A DNA stretch of 64,000 bases, taken from NCBI GenBank assembly GCA_905250025.1, contig CAJNOJ010000062.1, positions 301,974 through 365,973 of the forward strand. Reading direction: 5' to 3'. A program made the translations under genes and the position numbers. Numbering within the stretch: the first letter of the stretch is position 1; the number at the start of each line of letters is the position of its first letter. The notes beneath the pieces were generated by a model. The model did not search any database, was not told the DNA's origin, and worked only from the letters and a program-made list of their open reading frames with translations. Origin of the DNA: Adineta ricciae (lineage: Eukaryota). Of this stretch, positions 26,233 to 37,718 are shown one piece after another.

Positions 26233-26525
26233 GTACCTGAATTTGAACTAATGATGATCAACAACGAGCAAAGAGACAAACAAAACAATGTTTTTGTTTT
26301 CGGTTTTTTTTATACAAAGCTCGCATTCTTCTTCACATGTAATACACCACTGTAGTTTGTCTCTGTAAATAAGTTTGTTCTTCTGTGTATGTTTATGTGA
26401 GTATCCTGTTCAACTTGTATACATCGCCTGTCCTTCTTCTAGTTGATTCATATTCGAAAAGTTCAACACTGATATGTATTGCGAAAATCAGACAAAAAAA
26501 AACCTAAAACTTTCTTTTCATTTAT

Positions 26526-26550
26526 GTGTGTGTGTGTGTGTGTGCTCTGT
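26526..26550. repeat. (TG)n microsatellite
   Basis: atgtgtgtgtgtgtgtgtgtgtgc seen directly. Confidence 0.9.
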
Positions 26551-27076
26551 TACCTTATTTTTCTCTCTCAACTTACAGATATATGTATAAGGCCGAAATG
26601 AGAGAAAATGTCTCCATCTTCTTTCTTTTTTTTGTGTATGTTTCTGTTGTAACAAACTTTTTCGTTTCATATCTTTCAAATGCAACAGGAAAAAAAGGCA
26701 GAAAACAAAAAATTTTGGTTCGTTTTTCTAGATTTTTTTTGTTAATAAAATGTCAAGAAGAGCAGAGATACGATTGTCGATTTCACAAAAGCACATTCAG
26801 GTTAAAAAAAGAACTCACATATGTCTACCATCGTAGAAATCGTGTTGCATGAAAAAGGAATTGCGTTGAATTGCGCAAGTACATCATTTCTCACACGTGG
26901 TGAAAGAACAGCACGTTGATGATTTTCTTTTGCTTTCTGTTTTGATGTGTTTTACTATATAGGATATGACTCACACTCAACACGTCAGTCAACATGTTTG
27001 CTAGCAAGTATTTATATACCACAGGGAGTAAAGCGACTTATTCATTCGTCGTATAATTTCAAAATAAGAAGAAATC

Positions 27077-30000
27077 ATGGGTGTGCTAAGTTCCCCGTTG
27101 AATGGCAAAACATTTGTGCTCGAACTTGGTCGAGATGTTCGTTTTAAAGCTAAACAAGAACTAATTAATTATCTACGTGAACAACATGCTCAGATTTCGT
27201 ACATTTTAACAGCTAGTGTAGGTTTTTCTTCTCCCTTGAACTCTCTTCCTCTCCGAAAATCTTCATCGATTAAACTTCATTTTACTCTAGACGGATTATG
27301 TTTTGGTTTCGAATGATATTGACACGTATAAAACTCGTCGAGCAAAGCAGCTCGGCATTCCATTGGTGAACGTTGATTATATTCATGAATATCGTAAATC
27401 AACTATTGGAAAAGAGTCAATTGACATCAAACGATTCATTGTTACATCGGCCGAAGATAAAGAAAATTTCTCCAAAACTGGCACCATACCAGTTGCAGGT
27501 TAATAGATATTGTCTTTGCAGAAAATTTATGTTAATGAAATGTTTCATTTCATTTCATTTCAGGAGGAGGCAGTTCGTCAAGTAGTGTAGTAAAACCTGT
27601 AAAATTTGATGTATCGAAAGTTAGGATCTGGAATCACGATGACGTTGAATTGCCGCGTTTTGATGAAATAACCCACGCTGAAATCGGTAAATGGGCCATT
27701 TTTAAGGTATAAATGTTTAGGAAACAGAAATAGATGATCGAAGTAGCATTGTTTTGTTTTTCGTTTGATAGGAAACAAATGATCATTCGGATGTTTATTT
27801 TGCTCTTGAATTACAAATTATTCCGGAAGAATATTTTTATCAGCAAGCGAATAGTGATTATCAATTTCGTTTTCGTTACGAAAAGCAGACCATCGTCAGT
27901 TCAAAAGGAAAAACGTCAGTTATTCAGTATGCATTCAGTAACGATATCAATGAATTGCATCAATTATTTGCATCTTATTACTATCGTATTGCAACAATGC
28001 CTCGAATAACACGCATTCGAGATTTATTACCTGATAAATTGGGTTCGAAATTGCTGTTACGCGTAAGTTGTTGAACAGAACGAATTCTGCTTTCGGACAG
28101 ATGGGTTCTTCCATTTCAGTCATTGTTTCTGCATCGAATTGACACACAAATGCTTAACGATGATGTTTGTCAGCTGATCGAGTCACTTTGGATCGAATCT
28201 ATTGGAGATTTGAACAAACTTCTAACTGTTCCACCTGAATCGATCGCTTTGAAAGCAGTATGAAAATATAGAAGGAGAAAGTGTAATGAGCTCTTTGAAT
28301 ATTTTCCGTAGATTATTGAAGCTGAGGCAGCTTTACTGGAAATCAAATCAAACGATGAATCAGCATCAGAAGCGCAAACGCGTTTTTACTCACTGATTCC
28401 TCATCGACAGCCGCATGTCGTCGATCTTGTTAAAAATCGACGAACTTTGATTGACAAAATCGATTTGTGTCAGGTAAAGTATGAATTTTGAAACTGTTTT
28501 TTGGTCAGACTTCGAATTGTAGATGTTACGTGACATGCTTACTATCAATGAATTGACAAATTGGAATATTAAAGCATCGATCGAAGCGAAATATCGTGCA
28601 TTGAAATGTCACATTGAAAGTATTGAGAAAGATAGTCATGAGTATGCCACAATTAATAGTATGATACATTCGTCCACGAATTCGTATGTATTTTGATATC
28701 TGATGGAGAGATGTCGATATATTTCCCTTGCGACTCTTGTAGGAACGAAGAAGTTATCGTTCATCAGATTTTCAGCGTTGCTAAACAAACCGATGCGTTG
28801 AATTTTCGTTCGACACTGTTCAATCAACGACAACTTTTTCATGGTTCGAAATACAATAATTTTCTGGGCATTCTGTCACGGTAAATCATCGATTCGTAAA
28901 AGCTATTCTGTTCAATTTTCATTTCTTTCTATGCTTTCAGTGGTTTAATGTTGCCGAAATTGGTCGTCGATGACTTGGGAGTGACTCGTACTGATTTCGG
29001 ATGTCTCGGATATGGAATCTATTTTTCGGATTCGGTTTCTACATCTCTAAAATACACAACACCGAGTACAACGCGTCCTGGTCGCCGATTACTATGTATA
29101 TCTCAAGTAGCATTAGGTGAATCAGCGAAATACTATTCCTATGCAGCAAATTTAACACAAGCACCCGAAAATTTCCACAGTACACATGGGATAAAGAAGA
29201 CCAGTGACAATAATTCGAAGTTTATTGTAAGTATACTTCTTGTTATTGTAGGCAAATTTTCAAAATGGACTATTTAGGATGACGAATATGTTATTTATAA
29301 TCTTGACCAACAGCGATTATTGTATATTGTTGAAGTTTCATGGAAACCACATGATAATACCGATCAAGTATTGAAAGTATTACCGATTGTTCGTGATTCT
29401 TTACTTAATCAACTTCATAGCATGAAAAGTGAAAGTAAATGAAGAGCTTTGCACAACTTATCTTCGTTTAACATGACTTTTCCAATTTTGTTTTGTAGTC
29501 GTTGTACCATCATCAATCGAAGATGAAGTAATTCAAGTAGCCGAACAAGATTATGGTTTAATTTGTCCATCATCTGGTCAACTGGTTCCATTGAAAGCGT
29601 TCCATATTCGTGCTCAACTTGTCGATGTAACTGCTGAAGTATGTGGAATGATTTTCTCCTTTCAGTTCATCTTTTCTACAAAATACTTCTTAGGTTGTTC
29701 TCTACCAAGTTTATCACAACACAAGTTCAGTGCCGATCGAAGCCAAATATGTATTTCCACTGGATGAGAACTGCTCCGTTTGTGGTTTCGAAGCTCATAT
29801 TAATAACAAAGTTATCAAAGGTGTGGTCAAAGAAAAGGAACAAGCAAAACGTGAATATCGTGAAGCAATTGAAAAAGGTCATGGTGCGTATTTGATGCAT
29901 CAAGAACAACCTGAAGTGTTCAGTGTGTCCGTTGGTAATCTACCAGCCAATTGCGAAGTGGTCATCAAAATTACTTATGTCGCCGAATTACCTATTGAGA

Positions 30001-31934
30001 ATAACGATATTATCTTTCGTTTTCCAGCCAAGGTAGCTTCATGGCAATCGAAGCAAGCTCTAGAATCGAAGGATCAAACCATACTCCCGTCCATTAGTCT
30101 TGAACGAGATGATTCGCTAATGAAATCGGTAGAGTTTAGCTTGAAAGCATCTGTGCGCATGCCGTATGAAATCAGTAAATTATTCTCTCCAACACATCGT
30201 CTTCGTCGGAAAGTAACCGATTGTGTAGCGATGATCGAAATGGTTGACAACGTTCTCTTAGACAAAGATTTTCTTCTCTCGATAGCACTGAAAAATATCA
30301 ATGTACCACGCATGTTGAACGAAACATACACTGTTTCTGATGAAAATAATAACGTTGAGATGAATGATGAACAATCTCAAGCGTGTATGTTGACATTTTA
30401 TCCAAAATTCGAAATGACAACTAATACGAATGAATTCGTGGAAGTTATTTTCATTATTGACGTGTCGAACTCGATGGATGGACAGCATGTACAACAAGCC
30501 AAACAGTTGGCACACCTATTTCTAACAAACATGAAAAACGACGATGCAAACATTTATTTCAATATCGTTACATTCGGATCAGGTAACTTATCGAATGTTG
30601 AAAACTAATGCAAGTTGTTTTTCATCATTTCATAGATAATGATGAATGTTTTCCAATTTCCTTACCAAATACAAAGGAGAACATCGATAAGGCAAAGCAT
30701 TTTGTTCTGGTTTGTATTGTTTGTCTTTTTTTTTAAATGTAATACTTCTTTTAATGTTATAGCATTCGCTTGATCATCGTGGTAATACTGATCTTTTCAC
30801 TGTACTTCGTCAGTATTCTCTTTTACCATCTCCATGTAAACTTGGCCGACAATTTATTCTTCTCTCCGACGGGCATGTCAATGATCTGAATTCGATTCTG
30901 ACTTTACTAGAAAATCAATCGTCTATGAAACATGATCGTTTCTTTACCTGTTCAATCGGTGACACATCAAATAAGCATCAACTCAAACAACTAGCTAACG
31001 GAGCACATGGCGGTGGACTGACCACTGTGTTTGATTCAAACTTCCGTTCACGATGGAAATCAAAAGTTCTTCTCATTCTCGAACATATTCGTCAACCATG
31101 TGTAACCAACATATCAATTGATTGGCATGGAACTATCGAAAATGAACAGGTGAGATTTACCAATCAAGCACCAAATATAATCCGTTCATTATTCAATGGT
31201 ATGCGTTTAACTGTGTATCGTTTCATTCAAAATTGTCATAAAGCCACCTTGACAGCAATGATTAACGATCAAGAATTTGTTACTACTGTGTTTAGTAATA
31301 AGATGACTGAAACAAAAGGACGAATTTTACATTGTTTGACTGCACGTGCGATTATACATGATTATGAAAATGGTTTGTTGCATACCGATGAAAGTGAAAA
31401 CGAGCTGATCAAAAAACAATATAAACAAGATCTAATTGATTTAAGCGTAAAATATTCAGTCGTCAGTTCATTTACAAGTTTTGTAGCAATCGAAGAACGA
31501 GATCGTGATGAAGTACTTGAACCAGGTAAGACATATTCTTCGAGGCCGAATCAAGCAATGCCTTTTTTGTCTGTCATTTAGGTGTTCGACTACTTGATGT
31601 AATGCTTGAATCAGATATTGATCTATTACCATATATTGGCTGGGATGGTGATCGATCCCAAATAGAGATAGTGAAAGAGAAGCTATTGAATGCCAAACGT
31701 TCATTTGAAAATGCTTCGATTTCGAACAAACTTGAATTAACTCAGGAGTATGAGAAACTTTGTCAAAATATATCGTACCGGTCGGGTGGTGATGCTAAGT
31801 ATGATTTAATGCTAGCAATTATTGACACGTACCGAACAACATTGAAAGATAATAGTAAAGCGTTGGAATTGGAAGAAAAAATTCAACTTGGTAAACTTGA
31901 AAGTACTGTCATTGATTGGTGTCGACTGATTTAG
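27077..31934 (+). CDS. PARP4: Vault poly(ADP-ribose) polymerase, PARP4/vPARP-like: BRCT - PARP catalytic - VIT - vWA - C-terminal region, many exons
   Basis: ATG at 27077 with BRCT-like exon (MGVLSSPLNGKTFVLELGRDVRFKAKQELINYLREQHAQISYILTASV). PARP catalytic signature across 28690-29300 (LFHGS..., GIYFSDSVSTSLKY, LLCISQVALGE, catalytic-Glu region DEYVIYN). VIT domain at 29730-30060 (VFPLDENCSVCGFEAHINNKVIKGVVKEKEQAKREYREAIEKG). vWA with MIDAS motif at 30440-30600 (VIFIIDVSNSMDG), continuing at 30660-31581. C-terminal exon 31602-31934 (stop TAG). A further possible terminal mini-exon 31949-32045 could not be settled. Confidence 0.8.
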
Positions 31935-32051
31935 CCTTTTGTAGAACTATCGAATGAAGTAAAGAGCGCAACGGCTGACGAACGGAAAATACTAGAGAAA
32001 CGTCTGGCAGAAATCAATGCACGTATTAATATGGCGGAATCGTAAATAAAA

Positions 32052-35000
32052 ATGACGAAAGAGAAAGAGTTCCTAGGAATATTTTTTTATAGAGAAATTT
32101 CGTATGACAATAGCGAAGATGAAGAGAGTGGGGAAGAAGACGAAAGCGGTAACGAACATCTTTCTTGCTTAAAGATTGCTTGCAATACAAATCTCTTCAA
32201 TATAGACGATGAATGGTGTGACGAGGGCGAAAGAGAGTGTCTAGTAAGTTGTTTTGGTTCACAGAACGAAAAAATCTTTTATGAACTAACTTATTGTCGT
32301 TTCTTTTTAATCAAAGAGTCGATCGTATTCTCTTGACGAAGGTATGTTAATATGTTTGAAAATATTCTTTCAAATGATTTATTTTGTGAATATTTTCTAG
32401 AGAGAAAAAAAGATTCTGATGTAATTGATCGAATTGAATGCCACATCGCAAGAGCAACTTCACCAGTTAGAGAGTACTGTACATCTCCTGGAGCAGATGA
32501 TTATGATGATGCTGATGATAGTGATGGTGATGTGGGCTGGGATCTCTTTGAAGCTGATAAGTCTGCGTCAGTTTTGTTAACTAGCTTGAGTGAAGTGTCT
32601 AGACCTATGAAGCCAACTGCAGCTGCAGCAGCAGCACAGCCGGTTGCTAGCAAAGAAAAAGGCAAGAAGGAAGCCGAGGAAGAGGATGACGAGGATGCAG
32701 ACTGTATGGGCTTCGGTCTGTTCGATGATTTTTCACCGCTTACATCACTTTCTCCAGTAAATCGTCACAAACAGGATGCGCAACTTGACAAAGCTGTGGA
32801 TCCATTTGCAACCAATGCTCGCCGTTTAATGCCAGATATAGAAGAACATTCACTAGAAATAGGTGAGAACCTTTCACGAAACATTTTTTTATTTCTACTC
32901 ACTTTAATTTTCATATTCATTGATAGCAATGCCCGCTTCTAACGCGCTTGTGACACCCAAGTCGAAATCTATGATCACATCACAAGAAAAGATACAAGTA
33001 CCTACTAAAAAGGATCGTAAATCAGCAATTGCTTCTATAATAACAAAAAAGGCAGTCTTAGATGATAAAGAAAGTACCACTTTTACCGAAACACAATTCC
33101 CACAACAACAACAACAACAGCAACAAATTCCAATGAACCCTTTCACATTCCCTCAACAGTCATTTTCGTTTGGTTCTACAAACGCAAATTCGTTGTTTTC
33201 TAATCAAGGCGCTGTGCCCACAGTAGCACAGTCAACACCATTCTACAACAACACCGCTGCACCACCCTTACATTCATTCACAGCCTTCACATTCAACAAT
33301 AATCAACATTATTCTTCCTCACACCCTGATTTACCATCACCTCGTCAGACTACTACTACTGGGACATCTTCATTTGGTACATTGGAAAATGCTGCGTCTA
33401 CGTTTTCTTCGCCAAACTATTCACCATACAGTCCTTCTTATCCAAATCAAAGCAGTTCGTACACTAGTGTACCTCCACCGCCGCCATCATTCGCTGTACC
33501 CGTACCTTCTGGACTGTTTGGTAGTGGCACAAGTAGTACAAGTAACTTATTTGGTGGCTTCATCGCACCAGGATTATCAGTACCACCACCACCACCACCA
33601 CCTCCACCTTCGCAGACTTTTGGAATGTTTGGTGGCTTCGCCGCGCCAGGATCATCAGTACCACCACCACCACCACCTCTGCCTCCATCTTCGCCGACTT
33701 CTGGACTGTTTGGTAGCTTCGTGGCACCAGGATCATCAGTACCACTACCACCACCACCACCTCTGCGTCCATCTTCGCAGACTTCTGGACTGTTTGGTAG
33801 CTTCGTGGCGCCAGAATCATCAGTACCACCACCACCTCCACTTTCGCAGACTTTTGGAATGTTTGGTAGCTTGGTGGCGTCAGGATCATCAGTACCACCA
33901 CCTCTGTGTACATCTTCGAAGACTTCTGGACTGTTTGGTAGCTTCATGGCGCCACGATTATCAGTAGCACCACCACCACCACCACCTCCACCTTCGCAGA
34001 CTTTTGGAATGTTTGGTAGCAACTTAGCATACGAGGGTGTACCTTCTGTATCAAAATCAGATAATGATAGCTCACGGTCTTCAATGAAATATTCATTTTC
34101 GCCTAGTATTTTTGAAAAAGCACAGGAAAACGACGCGCTAAAGTCTGTGCAAACTAGCTGGATGCAACCATCAGGGCGAGGCAGAGGCAGTGCATCTCCG
34201 AACGCAAGCGCTCGATTCTGTGATGTTTGTATAGAAAAAATAGCGTTGGAATTTCGTATGATTTTTGTTTCATTGTAGTTACGCAACGATCGTAGTCGTA
34301 CCGACTCGATAGAATCTATTACATTCGACCGGACAAGTAGATATGATGATTTATGTGCCAGAAAGAAATCAAAATCTAAATTGTACGTATAGTAAAGAAA
34401 TCGCCTGTATACTAACCGGAACGTATTTATTTATTCGTTTTAGGAAGCTCGAGTCGACAAAAGTTAGCGGCCATGTTGAAGATCATGCACAAAATCTCTT
34501 GCTACTTGATGTTACACCACTTAGTTTAGGCATAGAAGATGTCAACGGTGAAATGTGTACAATTATCAGTCGCAATCGTACAATCCCAACGAGATCAGCA
34601 GTCTATTCTATATTCACTAATGCTTATGCCTATCAGACGAACGTTGTCATTCGTGTTTTTCGTGGTGAACATAGACTGACGAAATACAATGTAAGTAATA
34701 CTTTTAGATAATTACAACGAAAACTGTTTTGTCTTCTCTGTAGACTTTTATTGGTGAACTGATTTTGAAAGGCGTAACATCGAATTTTGCTTCACAAACA
34801 TTACAGATCTCAATTTTCATGGATATCGATGCGAATGATTGGTTTGAAGTTCATGCAGAAGAACCCCGATCAGGTGCTAAAGCAATGATTAGAATCGATC
34901 TAAATAATTGTAAGAATCTCTAATTCGAAAACTGTCGACAATCTTCGATTATTTTGTAGTTAAACTCAGCGCAGTTGATATTGAACGGCATTTGAACTAC

Positions 35001-35760
35001 GTCGAGAGTAACGCTGATCACAAAGCTGCGAATTTTGAATACGCACAAGCGAATAACAATCGATTCATGGTTAGAATTACATTTGAAATCTAGATATTTT
35101 GAAAAGTTCTGTTCATTTTAGCTCAAAGGTGATACTGAAAACACGTCCGTTAGTTTTACAGGCGGTACAGATGATTTAAATAATCTTCTTAACTTCCAAC
35201 GACCAAAAAGTCTCACATTAACTTCAACAGTGATAAATGAATTGAAACGAATTCAATTACCCAACGGATCATTCGAGATCAATGAAGATTTCGCGAAGTT
35301 ATTCTCGTTTCCAATAGAAAACTTCGATAAGCTTAAGAAATATTTCATTTCACAAGGTTTCAACTCATTTGGTAAGTCTAAACCTCAACGAAAAGAGTCA
35401 TTCACCATTAATCACTACCTTGTAGCTTTGAGTGTACAAAAGGATATCATGCAACTGATTGCCACTGGTATCGTTCTTCTACAATTGTTATTCCAAGTGC
35501 CAGTATCAGAACGAAAGGAATATTTAGTTCCATTTGATAGCGAACAAATAAAAGTAAGGAAACATGAATGTTTCCCTCGATAGATTTCGATTGTTTGTTT
35601 ATTTTTAGTCGATTTTTCATGGTCATTTGCCAAAAACTTTAATAGAAAACGCGAATAAAATGGTTGATTTTTATAAACAAAAGCGTTCACAGTGTGGAAT
35701 TTATTGCGAACAATTAGAATTGAAATACTCATCATGGGAAAAATTCATCCAGTACAGCAT
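32052..35760 (+). CDS. Chimeric-looking gene: acidic N-terminus, Pro-rich FG-like tandem repeats, then an Hsp70 substrate-binding domain (SBD-beta and SBD-alpha) with no nucleotide-binding domain, plus C-terminal extension
   Basis: ATG at 32052. Exons 32052-32243, 32312-32336, 32386-32871 (acidic, DDYDDADDSDGD) and 32920-34220 (Q-rich, then 7+ copies of SGLFGSFVAPGSSVPPPPPPP). After small exons, an exon starting about 34441 reads KLESTKVSGHVEDHAQNLLLLDVTPLSLGIEDVNGEMCTIISRNRTIPTRS...VIRVFRGEHRLTKYN, aligning to the Hsp70 linker+SBD (DLLLLDVTPLSLGIET...RNTTIPTK...VYEGERAMTKDN). Next exons are FIGELILKGV...ISIFMDIDANDWFEVHAEE (Hsp70 LGKFELTGIPPAPRG...VTFDIDANGIL) and KLSAVDIERHLNYVESNADHKAANFEYAQ (Hsp70 GRLSKEDIERMV... 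lid). Extension to about 35583-35760. Whether all exons form one transcript is an inference. Confidence 0.55.
33540..34020 (+). repeat. Coding tandem repeat of about 80-90-nt period, at least 7 copies, encoding poly-Pro + (S/T)GLFGSF / TFGMFGG motifs
   Basis: Recurrent DNA unit ggatcatcagtaccaccaccaccacc...tcttcgcagacttctggactgtttggtagcttcgtggcgcca seen directly at 33575-34020. Peptide unit GSSVPPPPPP(L/S)PPSSQTSGLFGSFVAP. Confidence 0.85.
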
Positions 35761-36388
35761 ATTCAATATCGAAAACTGATTGAACGAATTCATTTTTCTC
35801 TTTTAACCCCGAAAACATTTTTCACTTTGAAATAAATATTCTAATACAACTAAACGTGTGTATCCACACATCTACGTTCTTATTCTTATCAAGGGTTACC
35901 AACAAATTCGATATCGTACGTCGTACGTTTCGAATACTTTGTTTAACATAAAACCTGGTATCTGGATGTCTAGTTTTCACTCTCTTTTGATGAATACGAA
36001 TTTCTGGCCTAAGTACTATGATAAGAAAACGGTAATAATTTTCAGCCTACATTACGAGAACTGATATGATATTCGCATTCATTTCCAGGCTCATCCAACC
36101 ATATATCGTTATCACAACATGTTTTCATTCTCTCTCGTATATCGATTCACAGGCAAAAACGAATACTGACAAAGAACGATCTGTGCACGTATCGATTCTA
36201 TTCTCTTTCTCTATCTTTTTTTTCTACTATTCGCGATAACTCGCTGTATAAAAGGAGGTATGTTTAGCGTCTTTCTTTCACTTCTTACCTCATTTTATCA
36301 TAGATCCGTTTTCGTCGAATCAGTAAGTGAACAGTTCAGCGCAAAGAGCGTTTTCCACAAATGCATGTTGACTTTCTTCAGATTCATA

Positions 36389-36926
36389 ATGCAAGCCAGC
36401 CCTGCCCTTGAAAAACTTAAAGGTACCTGGGAATACGTCGATGGTGAACACTTCGACGATTACATGAAAGAACTCGGTGTTGGTTTTGCTCTTCGTCAAT
36501 CAGCCAAATTAGTCAAACCAAAATTAATCATTCAGGAAAATGGAGGTAAATGGTCACTCAAAAGCGAATCAACACTCAAATCAGCTTCATACGAATTTAA
36601 ACCTGGCTGCGAATTCGATGAAACACGTCTTGATGGTGAAAACGTCAAAGTAAGTTCAACCAGAACGCTTGAATTTCATCTTTTCTATTTCCCTATCGTT
36701 CATTTAGTCCACAGTTAAATTTGAAAACGACAAATGGGTACACACCATGCGTGATAAGAATGGTAAAGAATCAACAATCACACGTTGGGTTGATGAAAAT
36801 GGTCAACAACAAATTGTATGATACCATTCGATTTGTGGAATCATGATTATTTGATTATTTTCTCTCACATAGGTAATGAAAGCTGGTGATGTCACCGCTC
36901 GTCGTTGGTACAAACGTGTCGACTAG
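36389..36926 (+). CDS. Fatty-acid-binding protein (FABP/iLBP family), 3 coding exons: 36389..36649, 36708..36815, 36873..36926
   Basis: MQASPALEKLKGTWEYVDGEHFDDYMKELGVGFALRQSAKLVKPKLIIQENGGKWSLKSESTLKSASYEFKPGCEFDETRLDGENVK | STVKFENDKWVHTMRDKNGKESTITRWVDENGQQQI | VMKAGDVTARRWYKRVD*. The iLBP signature GxW...F(D/E)xYMKxLGV...TxRQ and the C-terminal R.Y.R are present. Donors GTAAGT at 36650 and GTATGA at 36816, acceptors tttag at 36707 and cacatag at 36872, phases consistent. About 140 aa. Confidence 0.88.
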
Positions 36927-37718
36927 ATCTGTTTCAGTCATTATCACGCACGTTGAACAACAACAATAACAGTCAGAAGATATTTTTTTCTATCTTTGAA
37001 CTTTAATCGTTTGTCTTTTCTTCACATCCGTTTTTATACAACCGTAGAAAAAAGAAAACAGTCACAGATGGTTTCCTACTTTTCTGTCCGACTATTTTCT
37101 TTTCTTTTGTATGCATGTGTGCGTGTGTTTGATTTTTCAAAACAAAAAAACTATAATAAACATTAAAAAAAAATGTATAAAATGAAACATCTGTTCACTG
37201 CTTTTTACATCAGTTGAAAGAATAGATACGATGTTTTTTGCCGTCAAAAACAGAATCAAGTACATTTTGTAAAAGCTTTTCATAACCGTAATTGAAAAAC
37301 TATACTCTTCAGCTATATCCGATTGTTATTATATATGCGTATCATTGAATGAAATCAAGGGTGGAAGAGGAACTTCAATAGGTTCCACTTCAAGAGCGGA
37401 TTGAATCGGGACCCTATGATATTCTTCAAAGGAGTGTGTTGGTGCTACTTGACAATTATTTCGATGCTAATGCTCTTAACATATAGCACGATGAGAGAAG
37501 GAAAATCGTTACTGTTGTTCAGCATTCACTGGCATAGATTTTCGACTGTTCCACTCGGCGAATACAAAATTTGTATTCTGATGTTGTTGATCGATTTCAG
37601 TGGCAATTAAAAGAGAATTCTCCGATTACAATATTTTTGCTTGTGAAACTGATACGGGTAAAGCATTTTGATATCGCTGGCAGAGCACAATGAAATGTTC
37701 TGTTTCATTTGATGTAAA

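Noticed and set aside
31949-32045. Mini-exon LSNEVKSATADERKILEKRLAEINARINMAES* as the definite PARP4 terminus
   Set aside because: It would require a weak GTGTCG donor and leave only 6 nt before the next gene's ATG. The 31602-31934 exon already ends in an in-frame TAG. Kept as an open alternative rather than annotated.
33374-34286. ORFs 33374-33967 (+, His/Leu-rich) and 33447-34286 (-, Gly-rich, 279 aa)
   Set aside because: These are alternative-frame or antisense readings of the Pro-rich coding minisatellite (CCN codons read as GGN on the other strand). The +1-frame FG/Pro-rich reading is continuous with flanking exons and is the real one.
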